From Podarcis cretensis (taxonomy: Eukaryota), in contig OX638156.1 in NCBI GenBank assembly GCA_951804945.1, forward strand, positions 46,934,001 through 46,998,000: 64,000 bases of DNA, given 5' to 3'. Within the stretch, counting starts at the first letter, position 1. Each line of letters begins with the position of its first letter. The notes under the pieces are model-generated. The model was not told the origin of the DNA. It searched no databases and saw only the letters and a list, made by a program, of their open reading frames with translations. Positions 13,374 to 26,576 of the stretch are shown piece by piece. Made by a program: the position numbers and the translations under genes.

Positions 13374-16300
13374 TCAATCTGACACCTCATTCAGTGTACT
13401 AAATGTGTAGAAAGACTCTTGGGTACTTTCAAAGAGATATCTGGAATGGATGCAGAGCAGCTTAGTTCCTTATTTTCTGAACAGGCTTGTTGAAACCATG
13501 CCAATCCCAGTAGTATGCAGTTTTGATGCTCTGCCCCAGAGGCACCTGTTCTCATTACTCTGTCATGAAGTGCTGTAGGGTGAGGTTGCTGTAGGTCACT
13601 GTGCAAGTTTTCATCATCCACTTCAACCACCCAGTGCCCTTTAAGTGGAGAGATGCAGTCCACAAAACTTACTAAGCATGCCCCAAGAGGCACATTGCTC
13701 CAGTGCCCCAGCGGTTGAGCTGTCACTGTCGATTATTTTCTCTCTGTGCTGTGAGGAATAATTTAAAGTCCTATGTCATCACTTCTGATCCCTGTCTTGA
13801 TGACTGGAACTTTCTCAGAAGTAAATAATAGATAATGAATTGCCAGAGCTGGCTGAGTGCCATGTCTGTCCCAGGCCTGCAGAAAATGTAACCCACTAAG
13901 ACAATTGCAGCCCACTAACGATATATGGTGCTCCACAAGAGGCAAATAAGCCTCTTATTTCTGGTGCTTGCCTGGGACTGCAAGACAGGTGGAGGTGGCA
14001 CAACCTTAGCAAGACACAATATATGGCTGCATTCAATGCAACAGGTTTTTCTAGTCATACCATACATCTGGGATGGGGAGCCTCTGCCTGAAAACCAATT
14101 TATATTTAGCCTGCAGGCTACACACACTATCCAGCAAAACACCTTCTTCCCAACTCACACCACTCACTGGCTCTGCTTTCCTCCTTCCATGGTGTGTTTA
14201 CCTGGTGATGAATATGTCTTTGACCCTTGATGAAGCCTCTAACTGGTGTAGACATAGAGGTGTGTGAAGATTTGTATAAATTAACCAACTATACAAAAGT
14301 AAAATGTGCAAGTGTTGCTCCACCTGTTTTTCCTCTGTCCCACTCACCACTGGCATGTGGCCATCAGAAGGTTGTCTTTGTTATGGAAAATGTTTAATGG
14401 GTTAATTCCACCTGAGTTGGTAAAGCTGACTCATCCCCCACAGTACAGTTGTCTGTTTTATATTGTCTGTTGCAGGGCAGATTTTGTATGTAGCCCCTGC
14501 ATAGATAAGGCGCAAGAGTTAAAGTGTTCAGTGCTGGCTGGGAAAGTCTGGGAAGTCTAAGTAACTGATTGTAATCATGAAAGAAGCTGGAACACTTTGC
14601 AAAGAGCTGCAATGACTTTGGAAGCAGCTAAACTTAGGACTTGCTGTGGACTTTAGAACAGCAATAACTTTGAAGGAAAAAACCCTCTCTAGGATCAGAG
14701 AGTGGTGCTTGTATATAGTAGTGTATATTTGTGTGTGAGAAGTAAAAGTAAACTCTGCTGAAGAACTGTTTCATTGTGGTGAGCTTAACCACTTGATCAA
14801 AGCATCCATGGCACACACACACACAGAATATACCCAACAGCCTTTTAGGGCATCAGCCCTTGGACTGAAAAGAGTTCCTTATACCTGTCATGAGTTATAG
14901 ACTTCACATTCATTCATCTGTAGAAACATTATCATCATCGTGGTACAGTGTCCATGACTCAGTAATAGAGATATACCTTATATCTGGGATGACTAATCTG
15001 TGGCCCTCCAAATGTTCTAGGACTACAGTTTCAATCAGCCACAACCAGCATGGTTAAGGGTGATGGGAGTTGCAGTCCAATGACATCCTGAAGGCCAAAG
15101 GTTCTCCACCCTGTTTTCCATTCAGAAAGTTCCAATTTCAATTTCAGATTATTATTATTTAAGTCTTCTCACGTGTCTAGACTTTCATTTCCTTCAGCTG
15201 ATTTTTGAGAGGTAGACACAGTGCTTGTTGACGGCGGCTTATTAAGTTTACACCATCAGCATTGATTACATCCACACAATTCTCTGGAACTAAAACGTTG
15301 TCACTTATGAATTGAAAACATGCTGGATACAACAGCATTATGTACATCCCGTCACATCTTGGTAGCCCTGGGGGAAAAAATAAACTGTCAAAGCTAAGGT
15401 AAAAGGATCAATACATGAGCTTAAAACAGGTTAAAAAATAATTGGTGAAGCTCAAAGACTGACAAAGAAGTGCCAAATCCATAGTAGACTGAAAAGTTAA
15501 TGCTGTCTGATAGTTGGTTAGTCACCTGTGAAATGAATTTTGAGGTATCTCTGCCTGGTGTTTTTTTTCCTCCATTGGACAACTGGCCACATCAGAAAAT
15601 TCATCAACAGGGACCTAAATTTGTCTCCAAAGTCACAATAGTAAAAGGAACTTATGACTTTGCCTGACCTCTATCAAAGTCTGCCTGGCCCTGATACTTC
15701 TTACTTGCTCGGCTATTCTTCCATGGCTACTGCTAAACTCTGATTAAGGTACACTAGGGTCATGCTGAACCATAGCCTGGGGCTTCATGTCTCTGACCCC
15801 ATAAAGTCACGCCATATTATATGCCACTATTTATAAATGTTGGTTTAAAAGTGCAACATACCTAAATAATTCCTTTCCTTGTTTTTTTATTCCCTCTTGC
15901 CCTGCTTTTCAACAGTTCAGTCTTAGTGCAGTTTACTCAGAAGTTCTATTGATTTCAATAAATGATCCCTTTGGCTCAGCTCAAGTAAGCATTTCACCTG
16001 GATATAGCAGAGGAAGAAATGATAGCATCGTCCATTTCACCATCTCAGTTGGGACAGCAGCTATATGGCTCCCCCCAGAACTGCCATGGTTAGACTCTCC
16101 TTGTCCAGATAGGGGCATAGCTGAGTCACCAGCGGGAGCACACACAGTGGTGACCAAAACAACAAACTGCTCACCCAACAAAAGGCTGCTCGACTGGGTG
16201 GCTTGGTCATGTAGTTCATAGAAATCAGTAAGAACTTCACCTTAAGAAGAAGAACTTCATTTACAATAAGAAATTTATATTTTTAATCTCTCAGAGCAGC

Positions 16301-17793
16301 TTACGTTAGACAGGTTTGATAGTGCTCCTCATCTCATCAATCCATAGTGAGACCAGGGAGGAGCTCAAGAGAATGACTATCTCTGTCTCCCCCAGAGCAT
16401 CCAACCAGGCTTCATTTATGCCCTAGACCAAACCAACAGTATCTGTGCCCCATTCCTGCCAAAAGTCCCAATGTCAAATGTCAGTATTATTATTTATTAT
16501 TACTTATGAATTTTGTTATTCACTTTATCTTCCCTAAGGCAACCCAAAGCAACTTTCAACCAACCAATATTTAGCATGGTGACTGATAATTATGGACAAC
16601 TATGGACAGCATTTTACTCCTCGTGATCAGATAACAAATAGTGCATAATGATAATCTTTCACTGTGGACATGATTACAGCCTTTTATTCTTCAGAACATA
16701 GAACAACCGTGATCTTGTGAATTTCAAAAGATAGGCACTATCTTCACTTTGGGAAAATGCGAGTAACTCCCCTACATGAAGCCTCAATTTTTCATGGGCG
16801 CTTATAGTAGCTTATTTAGAATAAAGGTTAATTGCATTCCTTATTGGTTCAGTGATTTTCCCATCAAAGAGAAAAGTCTCCAAGACGATGGAAAGCCTGA
16901 CCAACTTCTGTTCTACTGCTCAGATTTCACTAAATATTGCCCACATGTTTTCCTGCTGATCTGAGTAGCCAGGAGAACTAGTAACTTGCTTTAAAAAATA
17001 ATGAAAGAAAAGCTGACATTTTCAGGACACTGAATTATTCCTCGGATACTAGCTTTTATGTATTTCACACATAAATTATAATATTACTTATATTTCATGG
17101 CTGACTTTGTGATGTTATTTTTATTCTTGTTTGAACATCAAAAATCATGCAGCTTTAAAATTGTCTTAAAAATAAAAGGAAAGGCCAAGAATATGCAACC
17201 TGTTTTGAACAAGAAGGCAGAACTACAACGAGATGGATAGGCTGTGTGCCAAGTTTCAACACAATGTGATTTAAAAGAGCTGAGCAATGAATCCTTAAAC
17301 AAAGGCAGTAGAATAAAAAAAATGACTCCAAGCTAAAGTTAATGTCATGCAATAAATCAATGAGTGAACAAACCCTACCATGTCACACATGGAGATATAC
17401 CATGACCCTGCTCCTCTTAATGGACATGGCATGCCAGCTGTTCTCACACATGTCACAAGTAGCCTGTGTTTCAAGACTCTAGAGAGAAGGAGGGTCCTTG
17501 AACAGCTCCCTGTGAAGTGTAGATGAGCTCAAGGGAATGTTTCTACTGTGGAAATAGTCTGTTAAGGGTTGCAAAGGGAAAGAAGGTGACACCACCTGTT
17601 TGAGAATCACAGACCCCATCTGCACTATACATTTAAAGCAATAACATATTACTTTAAATAGTCATGGTTTCCTATAGAGAATCCTGGGTTTGCAGTTTGG
17701 CAAGGGTGCTAAGGGTTGTTAGGAGACCCCTGTTCCCCTCCTAGAACTACAATTCTCAGAGTGCTTTAGCAGGGCCAGGGAACTATGAAGGGA

Positions 17794-18032
17794 GTTGTTG
17801 TTGTTGTTTAGTCGTTTAGTCGTGTCCGACTCTTCGTGACCCCATGGACCAGAGAACGCCAGGCACTCCTGTCCTCCACTGCCCCCCGCAGCTTGGTCAG
17901 ACTCATGCTGGTAACCTCGAAAACACTATCCAACCATCTCGTCCTCTGTCGCCCCCTTCTCCTTGTGCCCTCCATCTTTCCCAACATCAGGGTCTTCTCC
18001 AGGGAGTCTTCTCTTCTCATGAGGTGGCCAAA
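17794..18032 (-). mobile_element. Bov-B (RTE) LINE 3' end, 5'-truncated
   Basis: FGHLMRREDSLEKTLMLGKMEGTRRRGRQRTRWLDSV...AWRSLVHGVTKSRTRLND is the Bov-B ORF C-terminus; (CAA)n tail. Confidence 0.95.
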
Positions 18033-20554
18033 ACCTCTAGCATGATGCACTCAGCTTTGCCACTAGCCCTGCCCACCATAGACATGTTCCTCTCCTGCCC
18101 CAATCCTTGGAAGGTTGCCCATGAAGGAATGCAGCCTTTGGGATGACAAAGCTTTCCATCCCTTGTATAAGGGTATAGATATTGAGAGAAAGAATTCAAT
18201 CAGGTAATTCAGATTACTGACAGATACAAAACTGAAACTTTTAAAGTCATTGCATGTTGTGGAGAACTTCAGGCAGGAAGATTACACCTATGCTGTCTGG
18301 TTCCAGATATTTGATAATATTTCAACTGGGCTTGGATAACAGAAAATTATAAGACTTAACAGAACCTGCATCTCAAAATATACAGTTTCAAAACAAAACT
18401 TATTTAGCTTTTTAAAAGCAAGGTGCTTAGTATATGGAGAAAGGAAAGCATGTCAGTTGCTGATTTGCTGAATTTTTGCACTCTGAAGCAGGTCCACCGG
18501 CTTGGACCCAGGATGGTGGGTGCCTGGGTCCACACAGGCCACAGGCACAAGTGCATCTGATGTCAGCACGCCCGCAGCGTGCACATCTGACATCAGCATG
18601 TCTGCCAACACTGATTGGTTAGGTAATAAGGCTTAGGCAATTGGTTCAGATTTCCAATGAGCCTCACTCCTCTAACAGAGTGGAGGGGGGGAAGCATAGC
18701 CACACAGAGAGAGACACATAGTCAGAATTCAAGCACTGTTCCTAATGGATCAGTTCTACTTTAGAAAGATGTTATAATTCAGAACTCAGAAATGCAGAAT
18801 GAGGAGTATTTTGGAAACTGAAATAAAGAGATGATGTAGTGAAATCCTTCTTCAAGGTCAAAGTGTCTCTCTCTTCCATTTATTGTAAATATTCTACCAT
18901 ATAATCTATTTCCACTACCTCCCCGCAAAATATAGTATTAGGGTTGGTTATGGATCAGGGAGAAAAAGGATAGGCTAGGATTCTCAGCATTTGCATTTGA
19001 AAAATATATCAGCACACACAAACACATCCCAGACTGGATGCAATTGAAAGAGGTTTCTATATATATATAAAAAGCTGTTGTATGTGCTTCCTGATCTTTA
19101 GTGCTGTTACTGCCTCCAGGGAATCTCTTTTTGTCACTCTGATAGTTTTTCCATTTACTTAGGAAAATGTGCATTAAAGAAAATGGCTGTCAGGGGCCTT
19201 CAGTGGCTCAGTGGAGTTAATGGGTTTTCCTCCTTTAGGTCTGCGAGTCTCGAATGGCAGGTCAGAACCCCACAGGGAGTCACAAAAGCCAAGTGGGCGG
19301 GTCAGCAAATTCTTGACAGTTTGTGACAACATAGAGCAAAGGACAAAGCATGGGGGAAACTTCCCAGTCTGAGAGGGTAGATTAACTATTTGAGGATTTG
19401 GATAATGACAGATTCCATAAGTTTTCTGCATAACATGTTTAGTAGGCGATTTTCTACTACTGGTATGTGTCTAGTTCCATGCAGTATTGTCCACTGCAGT
19501 CCATAATAATCCAGATAATTGACTGCTTACACCACTCAGAAGGCCGGACTTTAATCATGACAGTCCAGGCTCAGACAGTTGCTCCAGGCCAGTGTTGAGG
19601 CAACTTGTTCCTTCTATAGGATTGCTACCTGTGGTCCTTTATTCTAGCAGCTGATCCAGTACCTAAGGTTCTGTCCAGGGTCCTGAATTTGCCTCAGCAA
19701 GTTGATTCTGGAACCCCAGCTCTGCAATCCATCCCACCTAGGCTGCTGCCTCTTCATAGTAGGGGAGATTGTGATTGCTCAAGACAACAGCAAAGGCTGA
19801 TATCAGGTACAAAAACTTCATTATTAGTTTTGTTTTTTCTTCTGAATTGTGAAGGAAAAGTAGCTATCAGTTTAACAAACTATAACTTTAGCCATAAGAC
19901 ATGTACAATAAAGAAAGAGGTCACTGGAGTGGTTCAAATTTAACATAATCCTGACTAATTAATTTAATCTGTAGCTATTAAAAAAACCCTGATGCTTAAA
20001 AAAGTAATCACCCAAGTTCATTTCAAGAGAAAGAACTTTGGCTTTACTTAAAGAGAAAACAAATGGGAGAGAAAGTTTGGTAACGGGCTTCAGCAAATAT
20101 AATAAGTTCTTGCTGAAGCGAATCAGATGAATTACTGCTGATGGCAATCGAAAATAGGTTTAGAGATTCATAAATTATCTAATGAGGCATATCCAAATGC
20201 AGTTATTATGAGTAGCTGTACAACCCTGGGTGCCTTCTTTCACCTTAATGTGAGAATATATTTTCTTAAGGAAGAAAATAAACAACATTTTGAAGATCCA
20301 ATAGGCAATATCCCAGAGGACACTTAGGACAGGCTGCATCAGACATTGGTAGAGTTGTATTCCCAGGACATAATGTGGAGACCTGTTCACCAGCTCTGGA
20401 AGAGATTCTAGGTCCATACCCTTTCTTAAAAAACTGAAACAAAAAAACCAAAACTGTATATCTCCCCCCCTTTTTTTTTTTTACTTGGAGAAGTAAGGGA
20501 AACAGTAGAGACAGACAAGAAAAGGCACTTTGTCACAATTATGGAGTTAAACAA

Positions 20555-20760
20555 TGGAGTTAGGTCTCACAAGATATAATGGTGGCCATCAACCTGGATG
20601 GTTATAAGAAGGGTTTGACAAATGTGTGAAGGATAAGGATAACAATGGCTACTAGCCATGAGGCTTGTGTACTGCTTAAAATTTCGATGCTAGTTACTGG
20701 GAACCATAATCTTGTGTTCAGGTCCTGCTTTCAGACTTCCGATAGCCACAACTCAGCTCA
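20555..20760 (+). mobile_element. CR1 LINE 3' region relic
   Basis: GTGGCCATCAACCTGGATGGTTATAAGAAGGGTTTGACAAAT...AATGGCTACTAGCCATGA resembles squamate CR1 ORF2 end/3' UTR; similar relics at about 35420-35585 (+) and 33689-33747 (-). Confidence 0.5.
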
Positions 20761-21053
20761 AGTGCTGTGTTGGGTGCTATGTAGTGATTGCCTCCCAAGC
20801 ACTGCAGCCCACTCTGGTTTGTTTTGTTTATAGATGGGCATGAGGATTTTAGTGTCATGAACACCAGTGGGCTGAGGGAGCTTTGGGCAGCTTGCCTGCT
20901 TTGGCTAGAGTGCTGGGGTTGTGTTGCCTGAGGCCTTTTCAAAGTCTTGCCTCAGTCATTATGGATCTGGGCCACCAGAGTCACAGTCTGGGGCCACACA
21001 ATGGATTGGAGAGCCTGTTCACAGCCCTAGAATCTGCTTGGCTAGTAAACTAT

Positions 21054-21344
21054 AGAAGAAGAAGAAGAAGAAGAAGAAGAAGAAGAAGAAGAAGAAGAAG
21101 AAGGGAAGAAGAGTTTGGATTTGATATCCCGCTTTATCACTACCTAAAGGAGTCTCAAAGCAGCTAACATTCTCCTTTCCCTTCCTCCCCCACAACAAAC
21201 ACTCTGTGAGGTGAGTGGGGCTGAGAGACGTCAAAGAAGTGTGACTAGCCCAAGGTCACCCAGCAGCTGCATGAGGAGGAGCAGAGACTCTAACCCGGTT
21301 CACCAGATTACGAGTCTACCGCTCTTAACCACTGCACCACACTG
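21054..21344 (-). mobile_element. MIR-like tRNA-derived SINE with (TTC)n tail
   Basis: Minus strand begins CAGTGTGGTGCAGTGGTTAAGAGCGGTAGACTC (A box), then core GGGTGACCTTGGGCTAGTCAC...CTCAGCCCCACTCACCTCACAG, an L2-like 3' end and about 19 TTC units. Confidence 0.85.
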
Positions 21345-22057
21345 TAGGCAATACTGGGCTAGATGAACTGATGGTTTAAGCTTCCTATGATGAGTCCAAA
21401 GAATTTTCTCTGTTGTCCCATCCACTGTTTGGATTTATCTCCCCGAGGAGCTCCTTTGCTCCCCTGCTCCTGTCAACCTTCTGATGGCCTGTGAATACAT
21501 TTCTCTTGAAGTTGATTTTATTGTGTAATGATTCTCTGTTCCTGTTGTTGTTTAAAAACCTCTAGCTTCTGCTTTAATATGATTATTCTTTGTAATTCTT
21601 TATTGATGGATGGCATGTGTTTGTTGTGCGATCATATTGACTGTGTCAGCTGCTTGGGTGGTGGCACAGAAATACTGCAAATGATAAATAAATAAATGGC
21701 CACTGAGTTTGCCTGCTCTGAAAAACAACGCAAATTTGAAGCAAACTTTGAGATTCTTTTTTGAATGAAACATCTGAAGAATTGTGAAGGGAAGAAGAAA
21801 TATTTCTCAAGGGAAGGGTGTTGTGCCTTCAGATGCCTATTGGTACAACTGCAAGAATAAACATTAGCGTAGGACCAAGGGAGATACATTAGTATATAGA
21901 GACAGATGCAGCCTTTTCTGTATGAATCTCAGAAGAAGTTTTCCAGCTGATATCACAGGAATGGCTGCACTTGTGTAATCCTTCTGGGTTTACAAACATA
22001 ATTCTCCATGCTGTCATGTTGCCATTTATGTGTGAACAGGAACAAAGTAGCCATTGT

Positions 22058-22337
22058 TAGGGTTGCTATACATATGGGAAAATGCCAGGCATGTCCTCTT
22101 TGGGGGGGGCCTACATGCCCATGCGTGGGGATTTCTACAATTCTAAGCAAGTTTTTGGGTTGGGTTGGGGGGTTTAAATTTTGTATATGTGCGGGCAGCT
22201 AGGGTTCAGGCACAGGCTTTGGTGTGGGTGACTCAGACTTGGTGGCGGCTGGGTGGCGAGTTCAACAACTTTTTGGGCAGAAAAGCTCAAAAACTTTTTT
22301 CCTCCGGATTTTTTTCTCTGGAAATATGGCAACCCTA
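22058..22337. mobile_element. hAT (Tip100-like) MITE
   Basis: TIRs TAGGGTTGCTATA / TATGGCAACCCTA; imperfect flanking duplication CCATTGT / CAATTGT. Confidence 0.7.
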
Positions 22338-23490
22338 CAATTGTGCACTCTAATAATTGCTTAAATCTAGACGATAGGGGCTGGGAACTTCTTTTTAAGA
22401 CTAAGAGGTACATTCCCTTAAGGGTGACCTTCCGAAGAGCAAATGCAGTGATGGGCAGGACAAGAAGCAGAAATGGGTGGACCTATGGAAGTAAACATTA
22501 GGTTTGTACTGTAGACCAGTTTCTTCACATTATCTCATACACCTCTCTATCCTCCATCCAGGCAAACAAGAGGCATTGTCAGAGTTCAAGGACATATTCC
22601 AGCCAGCCACACAAACCCCCCAACAAAAAACCTCAATGTGCAAGTCAGGGCCAATGAGTGGTGCATCCTTGGGAGTGTTCCAAGGGACAGACATAGAGGT
22701 CTGGAGGGTAGCATTTATACCCTGGGCCTGGGTTTCCCAATATGGACTTTTATTAAAGCACATAAATATGGGTAGTGGTGAGATATGAAATCTTTCCCCA
22801 CCTTCATTAAGATGCTAACAGACAGGTAATTTTGTTGCTAGCAGACCGAAAATTATTTAGTAAGAGAGATTTCTGTTTGTAAACCCAGATGTGAACAAGG
22901 GTTTCCAAGTATCCTGTAGTTTGCTTCTATGTAGAGCGGCAAGGCCGGGGTGGGGGTGGGGTGCATAATTGCAAAGAAGAAAAATGATTTTGAAATCATA
23001 TTCATTCAGCCACTCAATTTTAAATGCAAAGGGCAATGATTTAAATGTGGCAATAAAAATCTCATTAGGTAAGTATATTATAGGCAACTCCTTCATATGC
23101 AAGCTACAGTGAATTAAAATAAACATTAGAACATAAAATATATACAAACACACGTTGTGTTTGTTTATGTGTGTGCGCATGTATGAGACAAGATGTTGCT
23201 GTCATATATGTTTGACTTTTCACTGCAGTTATTGGCACAACTGCTGTGATGTCATGGAGTGGTAATGTGACCAGAACTGGGAAAGAAAAGTCTAGGATGG
23301 AACTGGGAGAAGCGCTTTCTTTTGGAAAGTGTGCATTTGACAGGTAAACTAAATAGCATTTCTCCCCATTCCCTAAATGTAGGTAATTGAAGTTCTTGGA
23401 TTTATGAAAACTTCTAGCTTTAGTGTTTTGTTCTCATTATTACAATGAATACTACTACTACTACTAATCTCTATGCCTAGCATGCTCTTT

Positions 23491-23853
23491 AAAGGTAAAG
23501 GTACCCCTGCCCATACGGGCCAGTCGTGTCCGACTCTAGGGTTGTGCACCCATCTCACTTAAGAGGCCGGGAGCCAGCGCTGTCCGAAGACACATCTGGG
23601 TCACGTGGCCAGCGTGACGAAGCTGCTCTGGTGAGCCGGCACCAGCGCAGCACACGGAAACGCCGTTTACCTTCCCGCTAGAAAGCAGTACCTATTTATC
23701 TACTTGCACTTAAGAGTGCTTTCGAACTGCTAGGTAGGCAGGAGCTGGGACCGAAAGACGGGAGCTCACCCCGCCGCGGGGATTCGAACCGCCGACCATG
23801 CAATCGGCAAGCCCTAGGCGCTGAGGTTTTACCCACAGTGCCACCCGCGTCCC
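23491..23853 (-). mobile_element. Sauria SINE, full length
   Basis: tRNA-like head GGGACGCGGGTGGCACTGTGG (A box 23833-23843) and GGTTCGAATCC (B box 23780-23790); central GCAAGTAGATAAATAGGTAC; (ACCTTT)n tail; TSD AGCATGCTCTTTA / AGCATCATCTTTA. Confidence 0.95.
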
Positions 23854-25667
23854 AGCATCATCTTTAGGAGGCATAAAATATCACAACAAACTGGGCAACT
23901 AATATGGCCATCCAAGTTGCAAGAGTGTGAGTTGCAACTCATTCAGTGCCATGACTAACTTTACATACCTGCAATCTATTGTATCTTGCTTGAAATATGG
24001 CTAAATAACCTAAGTGATTGCTTTCACTTTTGATCCCACACATTTAAGGTGTTTTTTTTTAAAAAAAGAAAAGTTGTGTAAAACATAACTTTGTTTCTCA
24101 TTAGTTGGAAAGTGAGACAAAATCACTGATTGATGATCAAACTTATACTTGCACCTGTGCTAGCTTGAAAAATTATATGCAAACTCTTGATAGTGTGAGT
24201 AGACAATTAGACCAGCATCTCTGGCTAAAGAAGCTGGCTCTTCTAATCAGCTCCTAATTTCAATGTTCTACTTTTCTCTAGTGCTCCTGCCGTTAACATA
24301 TCATCTGCACCCAATTAGAGTTCATCAAAAGATCAAATGCAGATAATTAATGGATCCCATGTCAATGGGTTTGCGCTACAAAGTGAATATTTTAGTGTCT
24401 ATTCATGACATACTTCGTCATTGCACTGTAGCTTTCTTAAAGAAGAACTTTGTTTTGGAGCCCACTAAAAAAAATTAAAAATGGTTTCATTCTTGTCTTT
24501 CAATAAGGCTTATTGTACACTGGCTAGTGACAAACCAATTTATTTAAATTGGTTGGGGTTTACTTGAGAACAATTGGATTCCAGAACATATTTGGAATAT
24601 TTGTGTAAAACAGCATAATTTCTTAGCTGAAAACTGAACACAACAGAACAATAAAAATCATTCATCTTAAGACCAGTGATCCACTATACTCATCAGCCTG
24701 TCCCTGGAAGTAACTCCTATCAAACATGGTGCACAATTTCATGGATCGGGGTGGTGGGTCGGCTTCTTATGTCCTCCACTCCACACATGGCCCATGTTTG
24801 ACAGGTGGGTGGGACTACTACCTATTCATCTGCTGAGGTAACTATGACCCATTTTTGCCCACAACATTTGAAATCAATCTGTGTAGCCAAAGGCACAGCA
24901 TTTTGCAAGCTCTGATGATTTACACATTGTGGGCACTTACAAAGCACTGCACATGGGACTATGCAGATGCCACTGACAAGTAGTACCAGCAAACACCCTT
25001 CCCACCAAGCTATATCTTTACTTCTCCTACCACCGTTGTCATATATAGTGTCAAGTATACATGGTTTTGCCAAAATGGGCTTCTGGGCCAAAGTGGAGAC
25101 CTGATGGACCTAAGTAGGCCCAGGGTGTGGAGGTTCCATACTGCTGATATAGATAAACATATTTTGGATTCAGTGAGCATAATAAGGGGCTCTTCATACA
25201 TACCAATGTACGTTTGTAAAGCTCCCTCACCCAGCAGGTGTTGAGTTGTGATTGGGCAAGGATTTGCTTCAAATGTGAACAAACTCTGTGTGCATATATT
25301 GGTACTTTCATAGGGTCTCAGGAAGAGGGAGCCATGAACAGACCAGAGATTGAGTCTGGCTTACAACAGCTGGCTTCCACAGGCTGTTGAGGGCAAGAAA
25401 GTGACTAGGAAGTGTGTAGCCAGCCACTGCTACTTCTTCCTTGCAGACTGCCCAGCTGTGAAGGTAGGCAGGCCAGAAAGAGATTGTTGTGGCAGCAATG
25501 TGTCTAGGAGGATGACTGGTGACAAGGATAAAGCCTGGCAGGCAAGTGTGGCTTGGAGCATTGTATGTGACTGGTAATTGGACAGAGCTAAAGACAGGGA
25601 GGGAGAGATAGAGATGAAAAGTGAGAAACAGAGCAAAATAGATAATGGAAGAAAGTAGGAGCTCATG

Positions 25668-26090
25668 GACTTCCGGGTTGGCGCCCCCGGCAATTGCAGA
25701 GCTCCTCCGATAGGGAGGAACTTGCTCCGTGGAAAGTTGGGTCTGAACCGCCACGGCGAAGGCGGAGACCCATTGAAATCACAGGCGGAAGAAGCTTGTG
25801 AACCTGGGATTCGGCTGGCACCTTTTGTGCCTCCCCTACTCATGGGGAAACCCTGTTTTGGGGATCTGGAGTGACGTGGGGTGAGTGGCGTGGTGCTTTG
25901 AATCGACCGCTTCTTTCACGGAGTGAAGCCGCATTGCTGTTGCCGGAGAGCGCTGACTTTTTCTTGTGGACAACTGGATTTTAAATAACAACCCGTGAGT
26001 AAAAAGGAAATTTGGATCTTTAAAAATCTTAATTTGGCATCGAACAGGGAAGGTTCAAAACAGGAAGTCCGTCTTCCCCTTTTGTAAATA
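25668..26090 (+). promoter_or_regulatory. CpG-rich 5' UTR / putative internal promoter of the L1-derived element
   Basis: Abrupt rise in CpG density starting at the element boundary; ETS-like ACTTCCGG at the start and CAGGAAGT at 26061-26068; L1 elements are known to use internal Pol II promoters. Confidence 0.55.
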
Positions 26091-26576
26091 GACTGAAGCA
26101 AAGAGCTTACAAGTTAAGGTCTTGGAAAGCCTTATGTAAAGTATTAAACTTCCATCGATTGAAATTATTAGACCCCCCCTTGGAAGCAGGAGAAGAGGGG
26201 GGAAATTTTGGACTGTGTATCCTGCAGGAGAGAGTGATTAAAATTAAATTACCACTGCTCTGAACCTGGCAACGGGCTCCCAGTGATTGACGTTTCGGGA
26301 GAGTTCATTGACAGCGAAGAGAACGGATGTTGACAGTCAGTTAAATAAGAGAAATATATTGTTTCCATTGTCCGCTTCTGCGTTTAAAAGGGAGGAAAAG
26401 TATCTGAAAATTGAAACTATCTTTACTTTTTGATCTGTGTTGGAAAAGATTGATACAAGTGGAGACTGTTCCCCTCTAGAGGGAGCTTTTGAAACTGTTA
26501 CAAGAGTGGAGCTGGGAAATCCCCTGCTGCTTGATAAGAACTGTGAGAACTAGAGATTGACCTTGGATATTCAAGA

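Noticed and set aside
15916-15984. Plus-strand 69-nt exon (ttttcaacag|...CAA|gtaagc)
   Set aside because: The body (GTTTACTCAGAAGTTCTATTGATTTCAAT) resembles a short common squamate repeat that itself contains GTAAG; no other support
20883-21234. Poly-Arg and poly-Phe ORFs
   Set aside because: Translations of the (GAA)n SINE tail
23780-23853. tRNA gene
   Set aside because: The A and B boxes belong to the SINE head, which continues into the SINE body; no complete cloverleaf
25668-26090. CpG-island promoter of a host gene
   Set aside because: CpG enrichment starts exactly at the TSD boundary of the retroelement
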